A stretch of 62,240 nt of DNA from Candidatus Omnitrophota bacterium. GTDB lineage: Bacteria; Omnitrophota; Gorgyraeia; Gorgyraeales; Gorgyraeaceae. A program made the translations under genes and the position numbers. This document shows positions 28,370 to 36,989 of the stretch, piece by piece. Below the pieces are notes generated by a model. The model worked only from the letters and a program-made list of their open reading frames with translations, was not told the DNA's origin and ran no database searches. The stretch's first letter is position 1; each line of letters starts with the position of its first letter. The stretch covers positions 1 through 62,240 of the forward strand of contig JBHPHU010000004.1 in the NCBI GenBank assembly GCA_042571405.1, written 5' to 3'.

Positions 28370-29725
28370 TTATTCAACTACTTCCTCAGCTACCATAGTA
28401 AGGTTCTCGAATCTCGCAAAATCTTTGATAAAAGTTAGTTTGATTGTGCCCACAGGGCCATTGCGCTGCTTCGCGACAATAAGCTCTGCTATGCCTCTAT
28501 TTTCAGGCGTAGGGCTATAGTACTCTTCTCTTAATAAAAGTCCTACCAGATCCGCGTCCTGCTCTATAGCGCCTGATTCTCGCAAGTCTGAAAGCTGTGG
28601 TCTATGGTCCTGCCTCGTTTCTACTGCCCTTGAAAGCTGGCTCACTGCTATTAATGGTACGTGTAATTCTCTTGCGAGCGCCTTTAAAGATCTTGATATC
28701 TCTGAGATCTCCTGCTGTCTATTTTCAGAGCCTGGGAGCCCCTGCATTAGCTGAAGATAATCCACTATTATTACCTGTATGTCATGTTGGGATTTTAATC
28801 GCCTTGCTTTTGCCCTTAATTCAAGAACAGAAAGCCCGGCAGTATCGTCTATAAAAATAGGCGCGTCTGAAAGCTTGCCTGCGGCGCTTGTAAGACGCGG
28901 CCAGTCAGATTGGGATAAAAACCCTGTTCTTACGCTATGCGCGTTTACGCGTGCGTGAGCGCAGAGCATTCTCTGCGCCAATTGTTCTTTGGACATTTCA
29001 AGGCTAAAGATAGCGAGCGGCGTTTTTTCAACCAGGCCAATGTGCTCTGCAATAGAAGTAACGAGCGCGCTCTTGCCCATTGACGGGCGACCTGCGAAAA
29101 TTATAAGGTCCGAAGGATGTAATCCTGCTGTCAGGCTGTCAAGATCGCTGAAGCCAGTCGCGACTCCAGTGACATGCGCCTTTTTCTGATATAGCCTATC
29201 AATTGTCTCTATGCTATCTTTTATTATCTCTTTGATGGGAGAAAAATGCGTATCCATCTTACTGGAAGAGATTTCGAATATGGTACGCTCTGCCCTATCC
29301 AAGATCTTTCGCACATCGCCCTGCGCATCATAGCTTTCAGAGATAATGTTAGTAGAAACAGATATAAGACTGCGCAGTATGCTCTTTTCTCTTACAATAC
29401 TACCGTAGTGTTTTACATTCGCAGCTGTTGGCACTACTGTCGTAAGTCCCGTTATATACGTAGCGCCGCCTATCCTCTCCAGGTCTTCTGTCTTTTTTAG
29501 TCCCTCTATTAATGTAACTATATCAACTGCATTACCTTTGCTGTATAGCTGCAATATGCATTCGAAGATCTTGCGATTCGCGTCATTGTAAAAACAATTC
29601 GCATCCAGAATATCTATGGCGTCAGCAATGGCATTCTCTTCTATGAGCATAGAACCCAGCACTGCCATTTCTGCCTCTAGATTCTGAGGCGGCATTTTTT
29701 CAAGATGCATGTCTACCTTGTCCAT
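28370..29725 (-). CDS. dnaB: replicative DNA helicase
   Basis: PPQNLEAEMAVLGSML and Walker A GRPSMGKSAL. Start at MDKVDM (29725). The upstream 33 codons of the track ORF translate a repeat. Confidence 0.9.
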   Translation of the reverse strand: MDKVDMHLEKMPPQNLEAEMAVLGSMLIEENAIADAIDILDANCFYNDANRKIFECILQLYSKGNAVDIVTLIEGLKKTEDLERIGGATYITGLTTVVPTAANVKHYGSIVREKSILRSLISVSTNIISESYDAQGDVRKILDRAERTIFEISSSKMDTHFSPIKEIIKDSIETIDRLYQKKAHVTGVATGFSDLDSLTAGLHPSDLIIFAGRPSMGKSALVTSIAEHIGLVEKTPLAIFSLEMSKEQLAQRMLCAHARVNAHSVRTGFLSQSDWPRLTSAAGKLSDAPIFIDDTAGLSVLELRAKARRLKSQHDIQVIIVDYLQLMQGLPGSENRQQEISEISRSLKALARELHVPLIAVSQLSRAVETRQDHRPQLSDLRESGAIEQDADLVGLLLREEYYSPTPENRGIAELIVAKQRNGPVGTIKLTFIKDFARFENLTMVAEEVVE

Positions 29726-29757
29726 ATAATCCTTTTGGCATTTATTGGCACTGTTTT

Positions 29758-29799
29758 GGCACACTGAAGTGTGCCCTACAGCTGCTATAAGCTGCTGTT
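29758..29799. repeat. 42-bp repeat ggcacactgaagtgtgccctacagctgctNtaagctgctgtt, copy X
   Basis: 41/42 identical to 37976-38017. Contains the hairpin ggcacac-tgaa-gtgtgcc. Both copies are preceded by reiterated ttggcac units. Confidence 0.85.
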
Positions 29800-29826
29800 G
29801 TGTGCCCTTAACATTTTGTCTCAAAA

Positions 29827-30270
29827 TTACTTTTTAACTACCCAAACTTTCACCGCGCCGGTGACTTCGGGATGGATCTTTACAGTAATGTGGTATACGC
29901 CGAGTTTCTTTATTGGCTCTTCAAGAATTATCTTTCTCTTGTCCAGAGAAACCCCGGCGTCCTCAAAGGCCTTTGAGATATCCTGCGTGGTCACGCTTCC
30001 AAAAAGCCTGTCGTCATCACCTGCCTCAACAGGGATAGTGCAAGAGACTTGTGAAAGTTTTTCTTTGAGTTCTTCAGCTACTTTTTTTTCCTTCGCAAGG
30101 ACCTGTATCTTTTTTTTCTTTATCTCATCTATTATCTTCTGATTTGAGCCTGTTGCCGACTTTGCCAGGTTTTTTGGAAAAAGAAAATTTCTAGCATAAC
30201 CTTCTTTGACCTGAACCACCTCGCCCATTGAGCCAAGTTTTTTTACATCCTCTATTAATATCACTTTCAT
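29827..30270 (-). CDS. rplI: 50S ribosomal protein L9
   Basis: MKVILIEDVKKLGSMGEVVQVKEGYARNFLFP. Confidence 0.95.
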   Translation of the reverse strand: MKVILIEDVKKLGSMGEVVQVKEGYARNFLFPKNLAKSATGSNQKIIDEIKKKKIQVLAKEKKVAEELKEKLSQVSCTIPVEAGDDDRLFGSVTTQDISKAFEDAGVSLDKRKIILEEPIKKLGVYHITVKIHPEVTGAVKVWVVKK

Positions 30271-30326
30271 AGTTGCTCCTTCAAATTATTATTTTAACGC
30301 AAATAGCAGCGAAAATTCGCGTTTAA

Positions 30327-30620
30327 TTATTCTCCCACGTATGGCAAAAGTGCTACGTACCTTGCCTGTTTTATGGCACGCGCTACAACCCTCTGGTGCT
30401 TGGCGCAATTCCCTGTTATGCGGTTCGGCAGAATCTTTCCCTTCTCAGTGATAAACCTTTTTAGCTTTATCACATCCTTGTAATCCACCTGATCTACTTT
30501 ATCCGCGCAAAACTTGCAAAACTTCTTCTTAAAAAAAAGTTTTCGTTTCGGGCCTTTCTTCTTGCCCTTTTGGAATCTACCTTTTTGCTTTTGAAAACTA
30601 CCTCGTCTCTCTCCTGGCAT
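30327..30620 (-). CDS. rpsR: 30S ribosomal protein S18
   Basis: [16 protein letters not shown]...[10 protein letters not shown]. Start at MPGERRG (30620), 6 nt after GGAGG. The track's upstream codons read through a repeat. Confidence 0.9.
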   Translation of the reverse strand: MPGERRGSFQKQKGRFQKGKKKGPKRKLFFKKKFCKFCADKVDQVDYKDVIKLKRFITEKGKILPNRITGNCAKHQRVVARAIKQARYVALLPYVGE

Positions 30621-30637
30621 CTGCATCCTCCCTTGTT

Positions 30638-30749
30638 TAATTCCAAAATCCAAATGACAAAATCCAAATGAATTCCAAATCCCTAATGTCAAATTTGGCA
30701 TTTGGAATTAAGTGATTCATTTGTCATTTGAAATTTGTCATTTGTCATT
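30638..30749. repeat. about 110-bp palindromic 'caaatgacaaa' element, copy B (ssb-rpsR spacer)
   Basis: ccaaatgacaaaatccaaatgaattccaaat ... atttggaatt...attcatttgtcatttgaaatttgtcatttgtcatt. Confidence 0.85.
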
Positions 30750-30753
30750 AGTA

Positions 30754-31191
30754 TTAAAACGGTACCTCTTCATCCGTCTTTAGTCCTGCGCTCTCTGTAA
30801 TCTCGCTGCCTTTTGAAATCTCGCCAGAAGCCTCTGCATCTGCGCCAGTCCCCTGCGAGGAGCGCTGTGTACCCAAAAACTGGACCCTGTCCGCGACAAC
30901 ATCCAGCGAACTTTTCTTTTGACCTTCTTGCTCCCATGACCTGTACTGCAGGCGGCCTTCTATAAAAACAAGCCGGCCTTTATTCAAGTATTGGCTGCAG
31001 CTCTCTGCCTGTTTTCCAAAGACTACGATTCGGACAAAACATACTTCGTCTTTTTTCTCTCCCTGCTGCGTTACATATCTACGATTCACTGCCAGACCAA
31101 ACGTGGCGACAGGAGCCCCGCTAGGCACATAACGCAACTCAGGATCCCTTGTAAGGTTCCCCATCAAAAATACCTTATTAAAATTGGCCAT
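30754..31191 (-). CDS. ssb: single-stranded DNA-binding protein
   Basis: MANFNKVFLMGNLTRDPELRY and an acidic tail DEEVPF. Confidence 0.95.
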   Translation of the reverse strand: MANFNKVFLMGNLTRDPELRYVPSGAPVATFGLAVNRRYVTQQGEKKDEVCFVRIVVFGKQAESCSQYLNKGRLVFIEGRLQYRSWEQEGQKKSSLDVVADRVQFLGTQRSSQGTGADAEASGEISKGSEITESAGLKTDEEVPF

Positions 31192-31228
31192 CTCATCATT
31201 CCTTTCTGTTTTCTTAATGCGAATTCTA

Positions 31229-31322
31229 GCGAATCCAACGCTGATATTCGCGGATATTTGTCCCTCGATTTTGCTCGGGACTAAGAATCCTGAGCTTGTC
31301 GAAGGATTCGCGTTGGATTCGC
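31229..31322. repeat. 94-bp palindromic element in the rpsF-ssb spacer
   Basis: 13-bp perfect arms gcgaatccaacgc (31229-31241) and gcgttggattcgc (31310-31322). Confidence 0.8.
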
Positions 31323-31329
31323 GTTGAAA

Positions 31330-31611
31330 TTATTTAACAAGAATCGATGTCCTTAATATTGATTCGTTCAGATTAAAAGAGCGTTTGATCTTGGTTATCG
31401 CGTCAGGATCTATATCAAAATTCACAAGATAATACACTCCCTCTTTGAATTTCTTTATAGGAAAAGCCATTCTCTGCTTGCCCATTTCCTTGAAATCCTC
31501 TGAAGACACTTTATTTTTTTCTAAAGTATCCTTGATCTGTTTTAGTGTCTTGTCAAGTCCATCCTGGCTAAGATCTGGTTTAATAATAAATATAGCCTCG
31601 TAACTCTTCAT
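31330..31611 (-). CDS. rpsF: 30S ribosomal protein S6
   Basis: MKSYEAIFIIKPDL. Confidence 0.9.
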   Translation of the reverse strand: MKSYEAIFIIKPDLSQDGLDKTLKQIKDTLEKNKVSSEDFKEMGKQRMAFPIKKFKEGVYYLVNFDIDPDAITKIKRSFNLNESILRTSILVK

Positions 31612-31613
31612 CT

Positions 31614-32180
31614 TTAACCTCCGTTATATTTGTTCATTGCTGTATCAACGCCATGTTTTGCCCAACACTCGCACACCTCAGAAGAACGCTTTAAGATATC
31701 TGGCAAGAGCATCCGTTCTTTCTTTGTAAACATACTAAGTACATACTTTGAGCAGTCCTTAATAACTGTTCTCCCCTTGATGCCAATTCTCATCCTGGAA
31801 AACTCATTCGTACCTAAAACATCTATTGTTGAACCCAGACCTTTGTGCCCACCGCTAGAGCCCTTGGGCTTTATTCTTAACTCTCCAAACTCAAGAGCTA
31901 TATCATCCACTACCAATAATATATCGCTCAAGTTCAGCTTAAGCCAATTCACCATGGAGCGTACAGAGTGCCCTGAAAGATTCATGAAGGTTTGGGGCAT
32001 TGTAAGAACTACATTTTCCTTGCCCACAACGCCTTCTCCTGTAAACGCCTTGAAGCGCTTATTGGATTTCAACTTTATACCATGTTTTTCTGCAAATTCC
32101 TCCAAAACCAAAAACCCTATGTTGTGTCGAGTAAGAGTGTATTTATCCCCGGGATTTCCTAAGCCAACTATAAGCTTCAT
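31614..32180 (-). CDS. pth: peptidyl-tRNA hydrolase
   Basis: MKLIVGLGNPGDKYTLTRHNIGF. Confidence 0.95.
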   Translation of the reverse strand: MKLIVGLGNPGDKYTLTRHNIGFLVLEEFAEKHGIKLKSNKRFKAFTGEGVVGKENVVLTMPQTFMNLSGHSVRSMVNWLKLNLSDILLVVDDIALEFGELRIKPKGSSGGHKGLGSTIDVLGTNEFSRMRIGIKGRTVIKDCSKYVLSMFTKKERMLLPDILKRSSEVCECWAKHGVDTAMNKYNGG

Positions 32181-32185
32181 GTATT

Positions 32186-32304
32186 GTTGTGAGTTATGAG
32201 GGTGTGTTGTGAGCTGTGGGTCGGGCTGTGAGGATGGGTTGTGTGTTTTTACTCACTGCCCACAACTCACAACTCGACCCACAACCCATCCTCATCCTCA
32301 CAAC
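32186..32304. repeat. about 120-bp GT-rich/CA-rich self-complementary element in the ctc-pth spacer
   Basis: gtgaggatgggttgtg (32228-32243) pairs with cacaacccatcctcat (32280-32295). Further gttgtgag/ctcacaac and tgtgggtcg/cgacccaca pairings are possible. Confidence 0.75.
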
Positions 32305-33023
32305 TATTCCTTCTTCTTCTCTTCCTTAGCAGCTGCTGCTGGTTTTTCTGCACCTTCACCTGCTTCAGCTTCTTCAGGTGTTTCTTTCTTCTCCTTTATT
32401 ACCTCTGGCTCCTGCAAATCTCCTTCAGCAGGCGCTGCCACAAGATCTTCTACGCTCTTAGGATGCTCCACACTAAAGACAACACCCTCAGGATCATCCA
32501 ATACCTTTACGCCTTCTGGCGCAATAACGTCTTTTACGTGTATTGACTCGCCCATTTTTAGATTAGTTATGTCTATTTCGATCTTTTCAGGAATACTGGT
32601 AGGTAGGCACTCCAGCTCCAATTCCCATAAGACATGCTGCAACACGCCGCCATCCTGCTTAACTCCTATGGCTTCGCCTTTTGCTGCTATCGCCACCTTT
32701 ACCTTGAGCGTATCGGTCAAAGATATCTCTTGAAAATCCACATGCAACAATACATCCTTTATAGGATCTCTCTGTATATCCTTGACTATAACAGTGCGCT
32801 CTTTTTTCTTTTTTGCGTCATCTATGCAGAGCTTTATTATAACGTTTTCTCCTGCCTCTGTATGAAGAGTCCTAAAAAGTTCTTTTTTGTCTATCTTCAA
32901 AGACTGCGTATCCTCGCCTTTTTTATAGACAACTGCTGGCACAAGGCCATTGTTTCTTAATTTCTTGTTGATCTCCTTGCCTGTTCCCTCTCTCAAGCTC
33001 ACGTGTAGCTCTACGAAATCCAT
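32304..33023 (-). CDS. rplY: 50S ribosomal protein L25/general stress protein Ctc
   Basis: 239 aa. L25/Ctc N- and C-domains plus a K/E/A-rich tail. Confidence 0.9.
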   Translation of the reverse strand: MDFVELHVSLREGTGKEINKKLRNNGLVPAVVYKKGEDTQSLKIDKKELFRTLHTEAGENVIIKLCIDDAKKKKERTVIVKDIQRDPIKDVLLHVDFQEISLTDTLKVKVAIAAKGEAIGVKQDGGVLQHVLWELELECLPTSIPEKIEIDITNLKMGESIHVKDVIAPEGVKVLDDPEGVVFSVEHPKSVEDLVAAPAEGDLQEPEVIKEKKETPEEAEAGEGAEKPAAAAKEEKKKE

Positions 33024-33038
33024 TGTATTTTCTCCTTT

Positions 33039-33983
33039 TTAATCAAACAAACAACTTACTGATTCCTCGTTGTGTATCCTCTTTATTGCTTCTGCTAAAA
33101 GAGGCGCTATAGATAGTACTTTTATTTTTTTGTGCTTTTTACCATCCTCCACAGGAATGGTATTTGTTACCAGCAATTTCTTTAGAGCAGATTTTTCTAT
33201 GCGCTGTATTGCCGGGCCTGACAAAACAGGATGCGTGATCGCGGCATAAACATCTTTTGCGCCCGCGCGCTTCAAGGCTCCGGCTGCCTCAACAAGAGAC
33301 CCGGCAGTAGCTACTAAATCATCTACCAGCAATACATGTCTTCCTTTTATCTCTTCCTCGCCCAGAATATTCATGACCTCTGTATCTTCTCCTGAAATCC
33401 TTCTCTTATCCACTATGGCCAATGGCGCGTCTAGCCTCTTTGCATAGCCCCTGGCCATTTTTATCCCGCCCACATCTGGGGATGCAACCGTAAGATCCTT
33501 GATCTTTAGTTTCTTAAAATAGTTGACGAATGTGTTAACTGCGAAAAGATGGTCTAAGGGTATATCAAAAAAACCCTGTATCTGGCCTGCGTGCAGATCC
33601 ACTGTAAGCACCCTATCAGCGCCTGCAGTGGTCAAAAGATTTGCCACCAGCTTAGCGGTTATTGGAACTCGCGGCTGGTCCTTGCGGTCCTGTCTCGCAT
33701 ATCCAAAATAAGGCAATACCGCTGTAATCCTCTTTGCAGAGGCCCTCTTTAAGGCATCCAGCAATATCAATAGTTCCATAAGATTGTCATTCACGGGAGG
33801 ACATGTTGACTGCACTATAAATACGTCCTTGCCGCGCACATTCTCTTCTATTTTTACAAATACCTCTCCCTCGCTAAAGACAGTTACGATGGCTTTCGAA
33901 AGGGGCATCTTCAGGTGTTTGACTATCTCTTTTGCCAGAGTCGTGTTAGAATTACCTGTAATAATAGAAGCGGTCTTGTTCAT
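33039..33983 (-). CDS. prs: ribose-phosphate diphosphokinase
   Basis: DLHAGQIQGFFDIPLDHL and the PRPP-binding loop VLLVDDLVATAGS. Confidence 0.95.
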   Translation of the reverse strand: MNKTASIITGNSNTTLAKEIVKHLKMPLSKAIVTVFSEGEVFVKIEENVRGKDVFIVQSTCPPVNDNLMELLILLDALKRASAKRITAVLPYFGYARQDRKDQPRVPITAKLVANLLTTAGADRVLTVDLHAGQIQGFFDIPLDHLFAVNTFVNYFKKLKIKDLTVASPDVGGIKMARGYAKRLDAPLAIVDKRRISGEDTEVMNILGEEEIKGRHVLLVDDLVATAGSLVEAAGALKRAGAKDVYAAITHPVLSGPAIQRIEKSALKKLLVTNTIPVEDGKKHKKIKVLSIAPLLAEAIKRIHNEESVSCLFD

Positions 33984-33986
33984 AGT

Positions 33987-35243
33987 TCACCTCTTTTTTA
34001 GTATCTTGGCAGGAATACCCACGACAGTCTTTCCGGCAGGTACGCTATGATTCTTGGTAACAACACTGCCAGCTCCGGTTACGGCGCCCTTGCCTACCTT
34101 GACAGGCGCAATTAATACAGTGCCTGTACCTATAAAGGCATTGTCATCGATAACAGTTTTATGCTTGCGTTTTCCGTCGTAATTTGCAACTATTGTGCCA
34201 GCGCCAATATTGACGCGCTTGCCTATTACAGTATCACCTATATAGCACTGATGGCGGATCTTTGTGGCCCTGCCTATTTTAGAGCGTACTATTTCTACAA
34301 AGTTTCCGATGGAAACTTCCTCATCTAGCACTGTACCTTGCCGCAATCTCGCAAACGGACCAATGCTGCATTTCCGACCTATTTTAACATCATTATCTAT
34401 AAATGTATAGGGGTATATTACTGTATCCCTTTTTATCTCCACGCCCTCCTGTATATAAGTATTGTTCGGGTCAATAATGCTTACGCCCTTTTGCATAATA
34501 TCAGTCAGGACCCTGCGCCTTACTGCCTCCTCTGCCTGCATTAAGTCGCTGCGTGTATTCACGCCCAAGAATTCTTCAGCCTCATCAGTGGAAACAGAAT
34601 CCACTGCTATGTTTAATTTAGCCAGAATCTCTATAGTATCTGTAAGGTAATATTCCTTTTTTCTATTGTTTGGTCTGATCTCCTGGAGCGCATCAAAAAG
34701 CGCGTCTTTATCAAAACAATACACGCCCACATTTATCTCTTCTATCACCTTCTCGTAGATCGAGGCATCTGTCTCTTCTATTATCTTCATGATCTTATCA
34801 TTTCCGGAACGTAAAACTCTGCCATAACCAGTAGGGTTCTTCAGATGAGAGGTAAGAAGCGTGCAGCCAGAACGTGTAGATATATGCCTTGAGATAATCT
34901 TTCTCAATGTCTCGGCTTTCAATAAAGGCACGTCCCCGCATGTTATAAGAACCGTATCTATTTTATTATCTTTTAAAAGAACGTTTTTCGTCTTTAAGAC
35001 CGCGTCTCCGGTGCCAAGAAGTTTATCCTGCTTAATACATTTAACTCCTGTTAAGTTCTCTTGCACCAGGTCAGACCCATGACCAATTACAACTATGGTA
35101 TTCTGTATGCCTATAGATTTTAAAGTAAGCAGTGGATAGTTTATCATCGGTTTCCCGCAAATAGTATGAAGCACTTTGGGGATCGAGGAGCACATCCTTG
35201 TACCTTCACCAGCAGCTAAAATCACAGCAGCTATATTATGCAT
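33987..35243 (-). CDS. glmU: bifunctional GlcNAc-1-P uridyltransferase/GlcN-1-P acetyltransferase (short GlmU)
   Basis: ILAAGEGTRM...IPKVLH N-terminal domain and C-terminal hexapeptide repeats. 418 aa. Confidence 0.85.
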   Translation of the reverse strand: MHNIAAVILAAGEGTRMCSSIPKVLHTICGKPMINYPLLTLKSIGIQNTIVVIGHGSDLVQENLTGVKCIKQDKLLGTGDAVLKTKNVLLKDNKIDTVLITCGDVPLLKAETLRKIISRHISTRSGCTLLTSHLKNPTGYGRVLRSGNDKIMKIIEETDASIYEKVIEEINVGVYCFDKDALFDALQEIRPNNRKKEYYLTDTIEILAKLNIAVDSVSTDEAEEFLGVNTRSDLMQAEEAVRRRVLTDIMQKGVSIIDPNNTYIQEGVEIKRDTVIYPYTFIDNDVKIGRKCSIGPFARLRQGTVLDEEVSIGNFVEIVRSKIGRATKIRHQCYIGDTVIGKRVNIGAGTIVANYDGKRKHKTVIDDNAFIGTGTVLIAPVKVGKGAVTGAGSVVTKNHSVPAGKTVVGIPAKILKKR

Positions 35244-35304
35244 AGAATTTTCCTACCTTTAATCTCTACGAAGCCAAGAACGAAAGTTTCTTAGCGAAGT
35301 AGGA

Positions 35305-35580
35305 TGGTTGCCCGGCCAGGACTCGGCGCTTCGCCTATTCGGCGAAGTCGGCCACCCGTTTTGCTTACGCTGCTCCTATTTGTCGCAGCTCTCCCTCGCT
35401 AATCGCTCGGCGCAAAACTCCCTTCGAGTCTTAATTCAAAATTGGTTGCCCGGCCAGGACTCGGCGCTTCGCCTATTCGGCGAAGTCGGCCACCCGTTTT
35501 GCTTACGCTGCTCCTATTTGTCGCAGCTCTCCCTCGCTAATCGCTCGGCGCAAAACTCCCTTCGAGTCTTAATTCAAAAT
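35305..35580 (-). repeat. two identical 138-bp tandem units, each carrying a 21-nt copy of the tRNA-Gln 3' end
   Basis: 35305-35442 equals 35443-35580 base for base. Each unit starts (plus strand) with tggttgcccggccaggactcg, identical to 35581-35601 of the tRNA. Confidence 0.95.
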
Positions 35581-35654
35581 TGGTTGCCCGGCCAGGACTC
35601 GAACCTGGAAACTCAGCTCCAAAAGCTGATGTGTTACCATTACACTACCAGGCA
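35581..35654 (-). tRNA. tRNA-Gln (anticodon UUG), CCA encoded
   Basis: Hand-folded cloverleaf: TGCCTGG/TA/GTGT-AATGGTA-ACAC/A/TCAGC-TTTTGGA-GCTGA/GTTT/CCAGG-TTCGAGT-CCTGG/CCGGGCA/A/CCA. Confidence 0.9.
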
Positions 35655-35664
35655 TTGTTTTTCG

Positions 35665-36063
35665 TTATATGCTATAGGTCTTGCTCTTTTCTGCCTCGTA
35701 AGCAGCCAGGACCTTTTTCTGGATATGTTCCCTGCACTCAACAGTTATGGGATGCGCAATATCTTTATGCTCTGACTGCCGCGCATCGTGTTGGGCCTCT
35801 GGAGTAACAGCTACGGGTGCCTTTGCGGGAATAGCAGCGCTGCATTCATTGCAAAATTTACTTCTGGCTTCGTTCTTATGCCCGCATTTCGGGCACGATT
35901 CTTTCATTCTGCGAGACGGCATTGCCACAAAAAGCCCGTTCTTCCCCTCTATGACCTTTATATTCCTTACCACGAATGCATTCTCAATAGTTATGGTAGC
36001 GTAGGCGCGTAACTTATTGTTCAACCCCTCTTTTGGAAATATCCTAACCTCAGTTATCTCCAT
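35665..36063 (-). CDS. spoVG: SpoVG-family protein with an inserted zinc ribbon
   Basis: MEITEVRIFP...IKVIEGKNGLFVAMPSRR and KDIAHPIT flank a roughly 42-aa insert containing CPKC-N10-CNEC. Confidence 0.85.
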   Translation of the reverse strand: MEITEVRIFPKEGLNNKLRAYATITIENAFVVRNIKVIEGKNGLFVAMPSRRMKESCPKCGHKNEARSKFCNECSAAIPAKAPVAVTPEAQHDARQSEHKDIAHPITVECREHIQKKVLAAYEAEKSKTYSI

Positions 36064-36937
36064 AGATGCCTCCAGTGTTCGTTTTTACAACAAATGATCT
36101 CAGCCCATCTTTCTCCGGCAGCCTCTCTGCTATTTTCATCGCCTCCTCCCTGCTTTTAACTGTGCAGAATACCGAAGGTCCACTCCCAGATAAAAACACA
36201 GGCGTTCCAGCTGCCTGTGACAATAAAACCCTGATTTCATTTATATCCCGGTCATAACCTCCCAGGACCTCCTCAAAAACATTGTAGCAATTCGTGCCCA
36301 CTAAAGATATATCTTTATTTTTAATACTCGAGGTAATGTCTTTGATGTTAAAGCGTTTTGTTTTTCTCTTGTGGGCATCAAACCTTTTGTACATTTCGGC
36401 TGTCGAGACAGACAGTTCAGGTTTTATAACCACATGTGACAAAGAACAATCTGTATTTACTGGATCTAAAGTGTCTCCTCTGCCAGTGCCTATTGCAAAA
36501 GGGTTATCCTGCATAAAAAACCCTACGTCTGCGCCTATACTTGAAGCGATCGATAAAATTTTCTCAAAGGGCACAGCCAGTTCAAATCGTTCATTTATAG
36601 AGCGAAGAGCTGATGCTGCATCGCTTGAGCCTCCTCCTAGTCCGGCAGAGACAGGTATATTTTTTTTAACTACTATCTCCAAACCCAGATCAACATTGGC
36701 TTCTTTTAAAAGAGCCTTAACAGCCTTGTAAACAATGTTATCCTTACCTGAAGGGCATATGCCATAAGGTTCTATTTTTACCTCAAGGGTCTTGTCTTTT
36801 TTTCTTATGAGGATCTCGTCTTTTAAATCTATTTTTTCAAAGATCGTTTCTATATCATGGTAACCGTCAGGTCGTTTTCCAAGAACATCGAGATAAAGAT
36901 TTAACTTTGCCGGGGCATAAACGGTGAATTCGTGCAT
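36050..36937 (-). CDS. ispE: 4-diphosphocytidyl-2-C-methyl-D-erythritol kinase
   Basis: APAKLNLYLDVLGKRPDGYHDIETIF. GHMP kinase motif PVSAGLGGGSSDAA. Confidence 0.9.
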   Translation of the reverse strand: MHEFTVYAPAKLNLYLDVLGKRPDGYHDIETIFEKIDLKDEILIRKKDKTLEVKIEPYGICPSGKDNIVYKAVKALLKEANVDLGLEIVVKKNIPVSAGLGGGSSDAASALRSINERFELAVPFEKILSIASSIGADVGFFMQDNPFAIGTGRGDTLDPVNTDCSLSHVVIKPELSVSTAEMYKRFDAHKRKTKRFNIKDITSSIKNKDISLVGTNCYNVFEEVLGGYDRDINEIRVLLSQAAGTPVFLSGSGPSVFCTVKSREEAMKIAERLPEKDGLRSFVVKTNTGGIYGDN

Positions 36938-36988
36938 ATCAGCCTTCAGCTATCAGCCTTCAGCTATCAGCCATTTGAGGACTGAAGA
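36938..36988. repeat. short tandem repeat (atcagccttcagct x2.5) plus hairpin in the tkt-ispE spacer
   Basis: Tandem 14-mers at 36938-36972. agccttcag pairs imperfectly with ctgaagact. Confidence 0.7.
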
Positions 36989-36989
36989 C

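Noticed and set aside
30621-30701. N-terminal extensions of rpsR (30621-30701), skp (25874-25921), dnaB (29726-29824) and tkt-C (37929-37982) in the ORF track
   Set aside because: The extra codons translate intergenic repeat elements. Conserved protein N-termini and good RBSs occur at the downstream Met codons.
31630-32199. Long plus-strand ORFs antisense to real genes (for example 384-875, 24787-25347, 31630-32199, 37030-37668, 38948-39574, 46813-47295)
   Set aside because: Each lies wholly inside a well-supported minus-strand gene with clear homology. They have low-complexity composition and no RBS, so they are shadow ORFs.
35305-35580. Possible CRISPR array
   Set aside because: There are only two units, contiguous and identical over the full 138 bp, with no repeat/spacer alternation and no cas genes.
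35308-35775. 155-aa plus-strand ORF with an internally duplicated sequence
   Set aside because: It is the translation of the two identical 138-bp tandem units and the antisense of tRNA-Gln. It has no RBS, and the duplication is at the DNA level.
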